DNA of 64,000 nt from an uncultured SAR86 cluster bacterium (GTDB taxonomy: Bacteria > Pseudomonadota > Gammaproteobacteria > Magnimaribacterales > AG-339-G14), in contig CACPMT010000004.1 in NCBI GenBank assembly GCA_902635045.1, positions 34,318 through 98,317 of the forward strand, given 5' to 3'. A program made the position numbers and the translations under genes. Below the pieces are notes generated by a model. That model ran no database searches and was not told where the DNA came from. It saw only the letters and a program-made list of their open reading frames with translations. This document shows positions 44,943-56,591 of the stretch, one piece after another; the first letter of the stretch is position 1; every line of letters starts with the position of its first letter.

Positions 44943-47900
44943 ATGTTAGATATTTATCAAATTAATCCTTTTCTAATAGGCCTACTAGGGCAAGAAACCT
45001 TCACAGATTTTGAATTCAAAAACCTTTCTTCAAAAATAGAAAAATCATCAACAAATAGATTAAAAGAAATTAAAGATTTTTATCTTCTAGAGTTGTCAGT
45101 AGAGTGGGATAAACTTTCCGAAGAAAAAAAGGCACAAGTATTTAAGTTGCTTCAAGCTGAGGCTAACTTAGAAAATCATCTACTAGAAAAATTTTGTTTT
45201 TCATCTCCAAGAAAAGGAGTGCAATCTCCTTGGTCAAGTAAAACTCTAAATATTTTTGAAAGTTGTGGCCTTACTGAAATTTCTAAAATAGAAAAATTAA
45301 AAGCTATAAAGTTTTCAAATGAACTTGCAAATATAAAGAATTTAGAAAAAGTACTTTTTGATCCCCTAACGGAATCTTTTTTTGCAGATTCTGATTTTTT
45401 GGGAGAAATATTTTCTGACTTAGAAAAAAAGAAAACTAAATTTATAGAACTAGATCAAAACAAAGAAAATTTAAAAGCCCTAAATTCTTCGATGGGCCTA
45501 GCTTTAAATGAATATGAAATAAGCTATTTAACCAATGGTTATGAGCGTTTAAAAAAGGATGCTTCTGATACTGAATTGATGATGTTTTCTCAAATAAATT
45601 CAGAGCACTGTCGACATAAAATATTTAATTCAACATGGATTTCAAATGGAATAAATCAAAAAGATACTCTTTTTGATATGATAAAAAGTACTTACAAAAA
45701 TTATTCGTCGGGTGTTTTATCAGCCTATAGTGATAATGCTGCTATTATTTCTGGTGAAGGCAAGAAAAGATTTTATCCAGACCCATTAACTAAAGAGTAC
45801 AAGTCCATAAAAGAAAAAAATAATTTTTGTATAAAAGTAGAAACTCATAATCACCCAACAGCAATATCACCTTTTTCTGGAGCTGCAACTGGTTCTGGAG
45901 GAGAAATTAGAGATGAAGGAGCAACTGGAAGAGGAGCTAAACCCAAAGCTGGATTATGCGGATTTTCTGTTTCTTATCTAAGGATACCAAACGAAGTTGA
46001 AAAGTGGGAAGGACAAGAAGACAGACCTTCAAGAATTGCGAAACCTTTAGAAATTATGATTTACGGCCCGGTTGGAGCTGCTTCCTTCAATAATGAATTT
46101 GGAAGACCAAATATATTGGGGTATTTCAGATCTTTTGAGCACAGAAATACAAATTCTTATTTTGGTTTTCATAAACCTATTATGTTGGCTGGGGGTCTTG
46201 GAAACATCAAGCCTATTCATACTAACAAGGCTAAAGTATCTAGTTCTGCGAAAATAGTGATTTTAGGAGGCCCTGGTTACCTAATTGGGTTGGGAGGCGG
46301 CTCTGCGTCTTCAGTTGAATCAGGTCAGTCTAGTGAAGATTTGGATTTTGCATCAGTTCAGAGATCTAATCCTGAAATGCAAAGAAGATGCCAAGAGGTA
46401 ATAGATCAATGTTGGCAACTCGATTTAAATAATCCTATTGCATTTATTCATGATGTGGGAGCTGGAGGCCTTTCAAATGCTATTCCAGAATTAGCAAAAG
46501 ATTGTGATTTAGGTGCAGTCATAGATTTAAATAAAATACCAATAGTAGATAAATCTATGAGTTCTTTAGAGATTTGGTGCAATGAATCACAAGAAAGATA
46601 TGTTTTAGCTATAGAAAAAGATGATTTAGAAAAATTCAAAACTATCTGCAATAGAGAAAAATGTCCTTATTCCATAGTTGGTAGTTTTACTAAACAAAAA
46701 AAACTCAAATTAATAGACAAAAATTTAATTGAAAACTCCATTGACCTTGATATGGATTTTATTTTTGGAGCAAAAGAACAGTTAAAGAGAACTTTAAAAG
46801 ATACTCCAAAAAATAAACTTGAAGAAGTTAATTTTGACTTGGATTTAAAAAAATCTATCTTAGATGTTTTAAGGCATCCCACGGTAGGAAGTAAAAATTT
46901 TTTAATTACCATTGGAGATAGAAATGTTGGAGGTCTGACTTATCGTGACCAAATGGTTGGACCATTTCAGGTGCCAGTTGCTGATAATGGAATAACAATG
47001 TCTCACTTTGATTCCATAGAAGGAGAAGCAATGTCTTTAGGTGAAAGATCACCGATAGCTGTTTTCGATGCTCCAGCTTCAGGAAGGGTTGCGATAACAG
47101 AAGCTTTGACGAATATCCTTTCCTCAGGCGTTGAGGAGATATCAAAAGTGAAATTATCTGCTAATTGGATGGCTTCTCCAAATAATGACTCAAATAACCA
47201 GGACTTATATGAGACTGTTCAATCTATTTCAAAAGATCTATGTAATAAATGGAACCTTACTATACCTGTAGGAAAAGATTCTTTATCGATGGAAACTGCT
47301 TGGAGTAATAAAAAAAATACTTCTCCGCAATCTTTGATTGTTTCTGCATTTTCATCAATTTCAGATGTTACAAAAAGCATTACTCCTGATTTGCATCAAA
47401 ACTCAGATTTAATTGTTTTGAGAGTAAATCTTGGTTCTAACAATTATAGATTGGGAGCTTCCATATTATCTGAGACTATCAAAAAAGACTTAGGAGAGGT
47501 GCCTGATATGGATACTATTGAAGAATTTCCTAAGATTTTTAATTTTGTTGCAAAATTAATTAAAGAAAGAAAAGTATTCTCTTACCATGATATCTCTGAT
47601 GGAGGTTTAATTGCATGTTTGGTCGAAATGATAATTTCGGGCGATTGCGGCTTTCATTTAAAAACAAAGTTATCGAAAAAAGATCTTCAAAATTTTTTAT
47701 TTTCAGAAGAGCTTGGTTTTGTAATGCAAGTTTCCAAAGAAACTTTTAAAGAAATAGAAGCTTTCATGAAAGCCCTCAAAAAAATAGACAAGTTAACTAT
47801 TTTAGGGAGTACAGACAAAACTAATGGTTTGACTATTTCCTCAAGAGAATTTGAAGAAACAATCGATTTAAAAACTTTAATTACAAATTGGACACATGTA

Positions 47901-48812
47901 TCAACAAAAGTTAAAACGCTGAGAGACAATCCAATATCTGCTCTAGAAGAGTCAGAATATTTTATTGAAAGAAAAAAAAATAAACTTAATCAAAAAACTT
48001 TTTTCAAAAGTTCAAACTTTAAAAACTCCTTTTCAATAAAGCCAAAAATCGCTGTCTTAAGAGATCAAGGTATTAATGGACAAGTTGAAATGTCAGCTGC
48101 CTTCTCAAAAGCTGGATTTAAAGTCTATGACGTTCACATGACAGATTTAAAAAATAATTTTTTTAATCTGGATGATTTTAAAGGTTTAGCCTTTCCTGGA
48201 GGTTTTTCATATGGAGATGTTCTTGGAGCTGGTAGGGGTTGGGCAAATTCAATCTTAATGAATAGTGAATTAAGAGATAATTTTGAATATTTTTTTAATC
48301 GACCTGATACTTTTACTCTGGGAGTATGCAATGGATGTCAGGTTTTATCAGAATTAAAAGAAATTATCCCTGGCACTGAGGGGTGGCCCTGTTTGAAAAG
48401 AAATATTTCAAATCAATTTGAAGCTAGATTAGTTCAATTGAAAGTTAATAACTCAAAATCTATATTTTTTCATAATATGGAAGATTCCCAATTAGTTGTT
48501 CCAGTTGCACATGGGGAAGGAAGGATGGAATTTTCTGATTCATCTCATTTAGAAAAATTATTTTCAAATAATCAAATCCCATTACAATACGTTGACTCGA
48601 AAGGCGACATTGCTACTAGTTATCCTTCCAATCCCAACGGCACAACCGATGGTATTTCGTCTGTTTGTTCTTCTGACGGTAAAGTAACTATTCTCATGCC
48701 ACATCCAGAAAGAGCTTTTTTAAATAGACAGCTCTCATGGACAAATAATGAGGATCAAGGTTTTAGTCCCTGGTTCGAAATGTTTATTAATGCAAGAAAA
48801 TTTGTGAATTAA
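44943..48812 (+). CDS. purL: Phosphoribosylformylglycinamidine synthase (large single-chain)
   Basis: 1289 aa. It has ETHNHPTAISPF, SNPEMQRRCQEVID and the C-terminal glutaminase GVCNGCQ...PHPER. Confidence 0.95.
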   Translation: MLDIYQINPFLIGLLGQETFTDFEFKNLSSKIEKSSTNRLKEIKDFYLLELSVEWDKLSEEKKAQVFKLLQAEANLENHLLEKFCFSSPRKGVQSPWSSKTLNIFESCGLTEISKIEKLKAIKFSNELANIKNLEKVLFDPLTESFFADSDFLGEIFSDLEKKKTKFIELDQNKENLKALNSSMGLALNEYEISYLTNGYERLKKDASDTELMMFSQINSEHCRHKIFNSTWISNGINQKDTLFDMIKSTYKNYSSGVLSAYSDNAAIISGEGKKRFYPDPLTKEYKSIKEKNNFCIKVETHNHPTAISPFSGAATGSGGEIRDEGATGRGAKPKAGLCGFSVSYLRIPNEVEKWEGQEDRPSRIAKPLEIMIYGPVGAASFNNEFGRPNILGYFRSFEHRNTNSYFGFHKPIMLAGGLGNIKPIHTNKAKVSSSAKIVILGGPGYLIGLGGGSASSVESGQSSEDLDFASVQRSNPEMQRRCQEVIDQCWQLDLNNPIAFIHDVGAGGLSNAIPELAKDCDLGAVIDLNKIPIVDKSMSSLEIWCNESQERYVLAIEKDDLEKFKTICNREKCPYSIVGSFTKQKKLKLIDKNLIENSIDLDMDFIFGAKEQLKRTLKDTPKNKLEEVNFDLDLKKSILDVLRHPTVGSKNFLITIGDRNVGGLTYRDQMVGPFQVPVADNGITMSHFDSIEGEAMSLGERSPIAVFDAPASGRVAITEALTNILSSGVEEISKVKLSANWMASPNNDSNNQDLYETVQSISKDLCNKWNLTIPVGKDSLSMETAWSNKKNTSPQSLIVSAFSSISDVTKSITPDLHQNSDLIVLRVNLGSNNYRLGASILSETIKKDLGEVPDMDTIEEFPKIFNFVAKLIKERKVFSYHDISDGGLIACLVEMIISGDCGFHLKTKLSKKDLQNFLFSEELGFVMQVSKETFKEIEAFMKALKKIDKLTILGSTDKTNGLTISSREFEETIDLKTLITNWTHVSTKVKTLRDNPISALEESEYFIERKKNKLNQKTFFKSSNFKNSFSIKPKIAVLRDQGINGQVEMSAAFSKAGFKVYDVHMTDLKNNFFNLDDFKGLAFPGGFSYGDVLGAGRGWANSILMNSELRDNFEYFFNRPDTFTLGVCNGCQVLSELKEIIPGTEGWPCLKRNISNQFEARLVQLKVNNSKSIFFHNMEDSQLVVPVAHGEGRMEFSDSSHLEKLFSNNQIPLQYVDSKGDIATSYPSNPNGTTDGISSVCSSDGKVTILMPHPERAFLNRQLSWTNNEDQGFSPWFEMFINARKFVN

Positions 48813-49348
48813 CTTTTCTTTCTTACTATATCCTCGACATGAAGTTTGAAAGATTTTTTTTCCAAACATTCGTAATAATGGTTAATAGTTTTCGGTACGA
48901 ACGGAAAAGCAAGCTCTTCCCAAGGAATCTCATCATAAGAAAACAGTTTCACGTCCAAACTTTCAGATGTAGGTCCGAAAGAATTATCTTCAATATCAGC
49001 TAGATAAATTACATAAATTTGATTTATTTGAGGTATGTTAAAAATTGAAAAGATATCTCTCATAGCTACCTCAGCTTGAGTCTCTTCCTTTGTTTCTCTC
49101 CAAGCTCCTTCTAGCAAAGATTCTCCATTTTCCAAAAATCCTGCAGGCACCGTCCATAAGCCCACCCTGGGTTCTATAGCTCTTCTGCATAAAAGAATCT
49201 TATCTTCAAAAGTAGGCAAAGTACCTACAACCACATTCGGATTTGAATAATGAATTGCTCCACAATTAGTACAGACATATCTTTCTCTATTGTCACCTTC
49301 AGGGACTTTGAGAATAACTTTTCCAGAGCAAATAGAACAATAATTCAA
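48809..49348 (-). CDS. NUDIX hydrolase with N-terminal zinc ribbon
   Basis: 179 aa with CSICSG...CTNCG (four Cys) and the Nudix box GFLENGESLLEGAWRETKEETQ. Confidence 0.8.
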   Translation of the reverse strand: MNYCSICSGKVILKVPEGDNRERYVCTNCGAIHYSNPNVVVGTLPTFEDKILLCRRAIEPRVGLWTVPAGFLENGESLLEGAWRETKEETQAEVAMRDIFSIFNIPQINQIYVIYLADIEDNSFGPTSESLDVKLFSYDEIPWEELAFPFVPKTINHYYECLEKKSFKLHVEDIVRKKS

Positions 49349-49394
49349 GATAAAATTAATTAATTAAAAAGAATCAGAAGTATAATTGATTTTA

Positions 49395-49976
49395 ATGCCT
49401 TTAAAAATATTAACTACTTTAAAATCGAAACTCGACAGTTATTCTCCTAATGGATCTCTAGAAGACCATCCTCAAGCGGCTGTTTTGATAATCTGTTATG
49501 AATCCGAGGGAGAATTATTTATTGTTATGACCGAAAGGTCAAAAAATCTCCCAAGTCACCCAGGGGAAGTAGCTTATCCCGGAGGCAAGAGGGAAAAAAA
49601 CGATACATCACTTATACAAACAGCTTTAAGAGAAGCTTCGGAAGAAATTGATTTGGATGAAAGCAAAATTAAAATAATTGGAGAGATTGATACTTTGAAA
49701 TCTAGATTTGGATTGAGCGTAACTCCATTCATAGCTGTCGCTAATGAAAAATTGAGTCTTAAAGCTAATTCTAATGAAGTAGAAGATATTTTTCATATAC
49801 CTTTATCATTCTTTACAAATAAACCCAATATTTCTGAAAAAGTTACTAATTACAAAGGTGAAACTTTTAAAACCCCTGTCTTTAATTTTGAAAAATATAA
49901 AATTTGGGGGCTTACACTAGCCTTTACAATTAACTTTTTAGACTTATTAGATATAAAATTCGATTATGATTTTTAA
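49395..49976 (+). CDS. nudL: CoA pyrophosphatase-type NUDIX hydrolase
   Basis: QAAVLI..., [26 protein letters not shown] (Nudix box) and the late WGLT block parallel NudL. The first ATG is used; the track start at 49386 is TTG. Confidence 0.7.
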   Translation: MPLKILTTLKSKLDSYSPNGSLEDHPQAAVLIICYESEGELFIVMTERSKNLPSHPGEVAYPGGKREKNDTSLIQTALREASEEIDLDESKIKIIGEIDTLKSRFGLSVTPFIAVANEKLSLKANSNEVEDIFHIPLSFFTNKPNISEKVTNYKGETFKTPVFNFEKYKIWGLTLAFTINFLDLLDIKFDYDF

Positions 49977-50493
49977 ATTAGGTGAAAATGAAGTTTCTAC
50001 TGATGGCGAAGATTTTTTTATTGCGCCTTCAGCTTCAGTAATGGGTAGCGTCTTTCTAGCTAAACACGTAAGTGTTTGGTTCGGTGCTGTAATCAGGGGA
50101 GATGTGGAAGAAATAAGAATTGGTGAGAACTCTAATGTTCAAGATTTATCAGTTTTACACGCTGATCCAGGACATCCTTTAAAAATTGGGAAAAATGTTA
50201 CCGTTGGACATAAAGTTATGTTGCATGGATGTTTGATCGGAGATAATTCTTTAATTGGAATTAATAGCGTAATTTTAAATGGAGCCAAAATAGGCAAAAA
50301 TTGTTTGATTGGAGCAAACTCTCTCATAACAGAAGGTATGGAAATTCCAGATAATTCTTTAGTAATGGGTTCACCAGCAAAAATTAAAAAAGAACTTGAT
50401 CCTTCAATGAAAGATATTTTAATTGGAAGCGCAAGTCATTATGTAGAAAATTATAAAAGATTTAAAAAAGACTTAATGGAGCAAAAAATATGA
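49966..50493 (+). CDS. Gamma-carbonic-anhydrase-like hexapeptide-repeat protein (YrdA/PaaY family)
   Basis: 175 aa. It has a left-handed beta-helix repeat pattern with conserved His residues ([22 protein letters not shown]). Confidence 0.85.
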   Translation: MIFKLGENEVSTDGEDFFIAPSASVMGSVFLAKHVSVWFGAVIRGDVEEIRIGENSNVQDLSVLHADPGHPLKIGKNVTVGHKVMLHGCLIGDNSLIGINSVILNGAKIGKNCLIGANSLITEGMEIPDNSLVMGSPAKIKKELDPSMKDILIGSASHYVENYKRFKKDLMEQKI

Positions 50494-51191
50494 ATACAGA
50501 AAAAATTATTTATAAATCAGGGGAAAAATCTTTTGAGGGATTTTTAGCCCAACCAGATGGAGATTTAAATCCTTGTGTATTAATTGCCCATACTTGGGCA
50601 GGAAGAGATGATTTTGTAGAAGAAAAAGCTAAATTATTAACCGAGTATGGATATGCAGCATTTGCAATAGATATGTATGGAGATGGAAAAATTGGAGATT
50701 CAAATGAGGAGAATGCAGCTATGATGCAACCATTGCTTGATGATAGAGAAGAATTATCAAACCGAGTCCTAGCCGCATTTGATGCCGTGTCTAAAATAGA
50801 AACTATCGATACAAATAAAATTGCCATAATGGGTTATTGTTTTGGAGGATTAGTTGCAATAGACCTTGCCCGCACAGGGGCTGATATCAAGGCTGCTATT
50901 AGTTTTCACGGTTTTCTTGCCGGGCCGGAGAATTCTTCTAATGAAATAACGGCAAAAGTTTTAGCTCTTCATGGGGATTCAGATCCTATGGTAGGGCAAG
51001 ATCAAATTGAATCCTTCAGAGAGGAAATGACAAATAAGAAAGTTGATTGGCAATTACATGTTTTTGGCGGCGCTATGCATTCATTTACAAATCCCGAAGC
51101 AAATGATCCTGATTTCGGAGCTGTTTATTCAAAAAATGCTGATCAAAGGTCTTGGAAAATACTTACAGACTTGCTTGAGGAGATCTTTTAA
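50490..51191 (+). CDS. Dienelactone hydrolase family protein
   Basis: 233 aa with an alpha/beta fold. It has the nucleophile region GYCFGG, a late HG.SD and the MHSF His block. Confidence 0.8.
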   Translation: MNTEKIIYKSGEKSFEGFLAQPDGDLNPCVLIAHTWAGRDDFVEEKAKLLTEYGYAAFAIDMYGDGKIGDSNEENAAMMQPLLDDREELSNRVLAAFDAVSKIETIDTNKIAIMGYCFGGLVAIDLARTGADIKAAISFHGFLAGPENSSNEITAKVLALHGDSDPMVGQDQIESFREEMTNKKVDWQLHVFGGAMHSFTNPEANDPDFGAVYSKNADQRSWKILTDLLEEIF

Positions 51192-51199
51192 ATTAGAAG

Positions 51200-53785
51200 A
51201 TGAATTCCTCCGAAGTTCGAAAAACTTTCCTTGATTTTTTCAAAGAAAAAAATCACGAACATGTTAAAAGTTCATCTTTAATTCCTCATAACGATTCAAC
51301 TTTATTGTTTACGAACGCGGGAATGATCCAGTTCAAAGACGTATTTCTCGGTGCTGAGAAAACTTCTTTCAAAAGAGCTACTTCTTCTCAAAAATGCATT
51401 AGGGCAGGTGGAAAGCATAATGATTTAGAAAACGTAGGCTATACCTTAAGGCACCACACTTTCTTTGAAATGTTGGGAAATTTTAGTTTTGGAGATTATT
51501 TCAAGGAAGATGCAATCAAATTTGCATGGGAGTTGCTCACTGAAAGATATAAATTACCGAAAGAAAAGCTTTGGATAACTGTACACATCGATGATGATGA
51601 ATCTGAAGATATCTGGCTTAATAAAATTGGGATACCAAAGGAAAGAGTAAATAGATTAGATCAAGACAACTTTTGGTCTATGGGAGATACAGGCCCTTGT
51701 GGGCCATGTTCAGAAATATTTTATGATCATGGAAGTGATTTTTTAGGTGATCCGCCTGCAGAAGGTAACGAATCTGGCGATCGATATATAGAAATTTATA
51801 ACTTAGTTTTTATGCAATTTGAAAGAGACATCAAAGGAAACTTGACGCCTTTACCAAAACCATCGGTTGATACCGGAATGGGTTTCGAAAGAATTACAGC
51901 TGTAATGCAAAATACAAATGACAATTACAAGACTGATATCTTTGATAATTTGATTAAAAATATTGCAAAAAAACTAAATGTTAAAGACATATTAAATCCT
52001 TCGTTGAGGGTAATTGCAGATCATTTAAGATCTTCTTCTTTTCTTTTATCAGATGGAGTTTTAGTAGGGAACGAGGGAAGAAGTTATGTATTAAGAAGAA
52101 TTATTAGAAGGGCGTTGAGACATTCATATAAATTAAATATTTCGGAAAAAAATATTTTGTCGAAATTAATTGATGAATTAATCGATAATTTAGGCGATGC
52201 TTATCCAGAGCTTATTAAAAATAAAGAATTGATTAAAGATTCTCTTGAAAGTGAAGAAAACCAATTTAGTAATACTTTGCGTTCAGGAATGCACTTACTG
52301 GAAGAAAAATTAAAATATTTAAATGATGAAATCATCTCCGGCGAGTTGGCGTTTAAACTTTATGATACCTATGGGTTTCCTCTAGATATGACATTGGACC
52401 TTGCCAGAGAAAGAGGTCTTGAAGTAGACGTGGATGAATATAAAAATTTAATGGATATTCAGAGAAATAGAGCTAAGGAAGCAAGTACTTTTGATTCTAT
52501 TCTTCCCTCTTCAATTGATTTAGATGAGGAAACCAATTTTTTAGGATATCAACAAGAATCTGCTGAGGCCCAAATAAAATTAATTTTTAAAAATGGTTCA
52601 GAGGTTGAAAAAGCTGACTCTGGAGACTGTTTATTTATCTCAGATAAAACTCCATTTTACGCAGAATCCGGTGGACAAATTGGAGATTCAGGTTTTATAA
52701 AATCTGATACAGGATTCGCAAAAGTTAAAGATACTCAAAAAGTAGGCGGCCATTTCGTGCATATTGCAGAGATAGAAAAAGGTTCTTTTAAAAAATACCA
52801 AAACGTTTTGATGGAAATAGAAATTGATAAAAGAAAAAAAATAGTTTCGAATCATTCTGCTACTCATTTAATGCATGCTTCATTAAGAAATATATTGGGC
52901 GATCATGTTGAGCAAAAAGGCTCACTAGTTAATGATGAAAAGTTAAGATTTGATTTTTCTCATGACAAAGCTTTGACAAAAGAGGAAATTTCTAAAATTG
53001 AAAATCAAGTTAATGAAATTATTAGTAAAGACATTGAAACGGAGGTTTTTGAAACTACTTATAACGAAGCAATAAAACTTGGTGCTCTGGCTTTTTTTGG
53101 AGAAAAATATGGAGATAATGTAAGAGTATTAAAAATTGGAGGAGATTTTTCAACCGAACTATGTGGTGGAACTCACGTCAAAAGTACTAGCGAAATCAAA
53201 CTATTCAAAATAATTTCTGAATCAAGCATATCGTCAGGAATTAGAAGAATTGAAGCTGTTTCTAATTCTTTTGCTGAGGAGCTAGTTAGCAACTTAAAAA
53301 ATGAAATTATTGAATTATCGAATTTTTTAGGAGCAGAAGTTCGAGATATTCCAGATAAAATTAAAGACTTAGAAGCTCGCTTAAAAAAATATCAAGAAAG
53401 ATTAAAAAAAATAGAACAAAAACAAAACGAAAACTTGATATTAGATTTAAAAAAAGATTTTAAAAAAATTAATGAAATGAACGTTTTAATTAAAAGAATA
53501 GACGGAATAAATTTATCTAATCTAAGAGGCCCCATAGACTCATTAAAGCATTCTATTGGAGAGGCGATAATTGTACTCTCCGGTGAGTTTCAATCAAAAG
53601 CAATGATAATTGTATCTGTTTCAAAAGACATGTCGGATACGATTGATGCAAGAAAATTGCTAGAATCTTGTTCAAAATTAATTGGTGCCAAAGGCGGCGG
53701 TAAAGAAGATTTTGCTCAAGCAGGCGGCGGAGATCCTAAAAAAATAAATTTGGCATTAACTGAAGCTAATAATTTTTTGAATTAA
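51200..53785 (+). CDS. alaS: Alanine--tRNA ligase
   Basis: 861 aa with FTNAGM, RAGGKHNDLENVG, the editing-domain HSATHLMH...CGGTH and a C-terminal DHHA1-like tail. Confidence 0.95.
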   Translation: MNSSEVRKTFLDFFKEKNHEHVKSSSLIPHNDSTLLFTNAGMIQFKDVFLGAEKTSFKRATSSQKCIRAGGKHNDLENVGYTLRHHTFFEMLGNFSFGDYFKEDAIKFAWELLTERYKLPKEKLWITVHIDDDESEDIWLNKIGIPKERVNRLDQDNFWSMGDTGPCGPCSEIFYDHGSDFLGDPPAEGNESGDRYIEIYNLVFMQFERDIKGNLTPLPKPSVDTGMGFERITAVMQNTNDNYKTDIFDNLIKNIAKKLNVKDILNPSLRVIADHLRSSSFLLSDGVLVGNEGRSYVLRRIIRRALRHSYKLNISEKNILSKLIDELIDNLGDAYPELIKNKELIKDSLESEENQFSNTLRSGMHLLEEKLKYLNDEIISGELAFKLYDTYGFPLDMTLDLARERGLEVDVDEYKNLMDIQRNRAKEASTFDSILPSSIDLDEETNFLGYQQESAEAQIKLIFKNGSEVEKADSGDCLFISDKTPFYAESGGQIGDSGFIKSDTGFAKVKDTQKVGGHFVHIAEIEKGSFKKYQNVLMEIEIDKRKKIVSNHSATHLMHASLRNILGDHVEQKGSLVNDEKLRFDFSHDKALTKEEISKIENQVNEIISKDIETEVFETTYNEAIKLGALAFFGEKYGDNVRVLKIGGDFSTELCGGTHVKSTSEIKLFKIISESSISSGIRRIEAVSNSFAEELVSNLKNEIIELSNFLGAEVRDIPDKIKDLEARLKKYQERLKKIEQKQNENLILDLKKDFKKINEMNVLIKRIDGINLSNLRGPIDSLKHSIGEAIIVLSGEFQSKAMIIVSVSKDMSDTIDARKLLESCSKLIGAKGGGKEDFAQAGGGDPKKINLALTEANNFLN

Positions 53786-53795
53786 AAAATATATT

Positions 53796-55013
53796 ATGAT
53801 TTCAAATTTGGTTGTACAAAAATTTGGCGGCACTTCTCTGGCTAATATCGAGAGAATTCAAGCTGTAGCAAACTTAATTGAACAATCTGTTAAGAGTGGG
53901 AAAGAAGTCGTGGCAGTAGTATCTGCAATGGCGGGAGAGACACAACGTTTAATCGATCTTGCTAAAGAAGTTCAATCAGAGCCTGATCCGAGAGAATACG
54001 ATGCACTTATTTCTTCGGGCGAACAAGTATCAGTGGCTCTTTTAGCAATGGCTTTGAAGGAAAAAAATTTCTTATCGAAATCTTATACTGCTTTTCAATT
54101 AGGCTTAAAAACCAATGAAATTCATGGCAAAGCTAGAATTAATTCCATAGACACAAGAATTCTGCATAAAGATTTAAAAAAGGGAATAGTACCAGTAATT
54201 ACGGGGTTTCAAGGAATTAACGAATTTGGTGATATCACAACTCTTGGGAGAGGAGGATCAGATACCTCAGCCGTTGCTTTAGCCGTTGCTTTAGATGCTA
54301 ATGAGTGCCAAATTTATACAGACGTAGATGGAGTTTATACCACTGATCCACGTGTCTATGATAAAGCAAAAAGAATAGATAAATTATCTTTCGAAGAAAT
54401 GTTAGAACTTTCTAGTTTAGGTGCTAAAGTTCTTCAAATAAGATCAGTTGAGTTTGCTAGTAAATTCAATATGCCTATAAGAGTTTTATCGAGTTTTAAT
54501 AAAGGAGAAGGTACTTTGATAGATAAAGAAGATGAAAATTTAGAAGAAGCTCTAATTTCAGGTGTAACCCATACAAAAAACGATTCCAAACTGATTATTA
54601 GACAAGTTCCTGATGTACCAGGAATTGCTGCCAAAATATTGTCTCCTATCAGTAAAGAAGGCATTGAGGTCGATGTAATCGTTCAAAACGTGGCAGAAGA
54701 TAAAACAACAGATTTTACTTTCACAGTTAAAGACGAGGAAGCTGATAAAGCTGCGAAAATTTTAAATGATCTTTCAGATGAATTAGGAGGTGGAAGCGTA
54801 GAACTAGCTAAAGAAATTAGCAAAGTTTCTGTTGTAGGCGTTGGAATGAAATCTCATGCTGGAGTAGCAGCAAAAATGTTCTCAGCTCTTGCGGATAAAA
54901 ATATTAATATAGATATGATTTCTACCTCAGAAATTAAAATCTCTGTTGTGGTTTCAAGAGAAAATGCAGAAGACGCAGTAAAAGCTCTTCACGATGCATT
55001 TGAATTAGGCTGA
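53796..55013 (+). CDS. lysC: Aspartate kinase (monofunctional, ACT-domain regulated)
   Basis: 405 aa with VQKFGGTS, LGRGGSDTSAVALA and YTDVDGVYTTDPR, plus two C-terminal ACT domains. It follows alaS, as in many gammaproteobacteria. Confidence 0.9.
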   Translation: MISNLVVQKFGGTSLANIERIQAVANLIEQSVKSGKEVVAVVSAMAGETQRLIDLAKEVQSEPDPREYDALISSGEQVSVALLAMALKEKNFLSKSYTAFQLGLKTNEIHGKARINSIDTRILHKDLKKGIVPVITGFQGINEFGDITTLGRGGSDTSAVALAVALDANECQIYTDVDGVYTTDPRVYDKAKRIDKLSFEEMLELSSLGAKVLQIRSVEFASKFNMPIRVLSSFNKGEGTLIDKEDENLEEALISGVTHTKNDSKLIIRQVPDVPGIAAKILSPISKEGIEVDVIVQNVAEDKTTDFTFTVKDEEADKAAKILNDLSDELGGGSVELAKEISKVSVVGVGMKSHAGVAAKMFSALADKNINIDMISTSEIKISVVVSRENAEDAVKALHDAFELG

Positions 55014-55014
55014 T

Positions 55015-55572
55015 ATGAATACTATAGACGCATTATTAACTAGGAATTCTGTACCAAGACTTACGACTCCAATCCCGACGAAGGATCAACTTGAAATAGC
55101 TTATCGCTGTGCTTTAAGAGCGCCAGATCATGCTTGGATGAGACCATGGAAATTCATTCAAATTTCTGGAAAAGGGTTAGATAAGCTTTCCAATGCCTTT
55201 GTGAATACAGCAAAAAAACTAAATGAAAATATTGATCCTGAAATTTTAAAAAAATATAAAGATGCACCGTACAGAGCTCCACTTATAATTGTTTTAGTAG
55301 CAGATACCAAGGAACATCCTAAAGTTCCTATTATTGAGCAGCAATTGTCAACTGCTGCAGCTGGTCAAAATATGTTGCTAGCTTTTCACGAAATGGGCTT
55401 TGGCGGTATTTGGAGAACAGGAAAATTTTCATTTAATAGAGAAATATCTATGGAATTGGATCTTAAAGAAAACGAGATAGTAATTGGTTATTTATACATA
55501 GGAACAATTGAAGGTAAAACTAAAAAAATTCCAGAACTGAACTCAAAAGATTTTGTTATAACTTGGGAGTAA
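55015..55572 (+). CDS. NAD(P)H nitroreductase family protein (YdjA-like size)
   Basis: 185 aa with N-terminal LLTRNSVPRL and RAPDHAWMRPW, and the QNMLLAFHEMGFGGIW block. Confidence 0.8.
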   Translation: MNTIDALLTRNSVPRLTTPIPTKDQLEIAYRCALRAPDHAWMRPWKFIQISGKGLDKLSNAFVNTAKKLNENIDPEILKKYKDAPYRAPLIIVLVADTKEHPKVPIIEQQLSTAAAGQNMLLAFHEMGFGGIWRTGKFSFNREISMELDLKENEIVIGYLYIGTIEGKTKKIPELNSKDFVITWE

Positions 55573-55575
55573 AAA

Positions 55576-56514
55576 CTAACTTTTAAAAGTTTTTAACATT
55601 CTACTAGAGATTTCATTCATCAACTCTTCTGGTAACTCATGCCCAACTCCTTCCATGACATATAATTCTGATTTGGTAATACCTTCTGAAAGAGCAAATG
55701 CATGATCTATAGGAATTAAGGGATCTTCAGAACCATTTATTATTAAAGTAGGGATCTTTATATTTTTAAGCTTATCCAAATAGCTTGGAGTTTTCTCTAT
55801 GGCTTTAGAATGAAAAGCATAAGTATTAGTTCCATGATCATCTACTATATTGAATAGTTCCTCGATTACTGCGTCATCGTAGGAAAATCTGGTACCAATA
55901 GACGCTTTAAAAGTTTTCAACATAGCCTCTTTTTGGTTATTTTTAATCATCATTAACGCAGATTCAGTCATTCCATCTAAAAATATAGGGTCAGGCTTAG
56001 ATAATCTTTCATCTCTTATTCCAGGTGAAGTAACCATTAAAGTTAGTGAACTGACTATTTCAGGACTGTTTAATGCAATTGTTTGAGCTATTAACCCTCC
56101 CATTGATGCACCTACTAAGTGGGCCTTTTTAATTTTAAGATATTTCATTAAAGCCATGGCATCGTTAGCCATGTCGTTTAAATCATAAGGAGATTTAACA
56201 GTTTTAGGATTAGGTGATTTTTTATAATTTGATTGAATTACGTATCTAATTAAATATTTAAGAATAAAACTCGGTATAAACTTTATTAGATTTTCAAAAA
56301 AATTTCGCTTTCCAAACCAAGTACTTTTTCCTGAGTCTCTGTTATCAAACCTTACAACATGATAATTATTTTGAACTAAAAGATTGATTAAACTCATAGG
56401 CCAAGCCTGAGAATTTGTATAGGCTCCCATGATTAATAAGACAGTAGGATTTTTTGAATCACCAAAATCCTCCCACCAAATATCAATTTCGTTAACCTTT
56501 GCTAAATCTCCCAC
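55576..56514 (-). CDS. Alpha/beta-fold hydrolase
   Basis: 312 aa with the nucleophile elbow GASMGG and a C-terminal GVGHELPEE His block. Confidence 0.75.
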   Translation of the reverse strand: MGDLAKVNEIDIWWEDFGDSKNPTVLLIMGAYTNSQAWPMSLINLLVQNNYHVVRFDNRDSGKSTWFGKRNFFENLIKFIPSFILKYLIRYVIQSNYKKSPNPKTVKSPYDLNDMANDAMALMKYLKIKKAHLVGASMGGLIAQTIALNSPEIVSSLTLMVTSPGIRDERLSKPDPIFLDGMTESALMMIKNNQKEAMLKTFKASIGTRFSYDDAVIEELFNIVDDHGTNTYAFHSKAIEKTPSYLDKLKNIKIPTLIINGSEDPLIPIDHAFALSEGITKSELYVMEGVGHELPEELMNEISSRMLKTFKS

Positions 56515-56591
56515 TTTTTTTAGTATATTTCTTTGTAATTAATCGGTAAATAAAATATATTAAAAAGCCCTATATACAAGGAGAGAAGGAT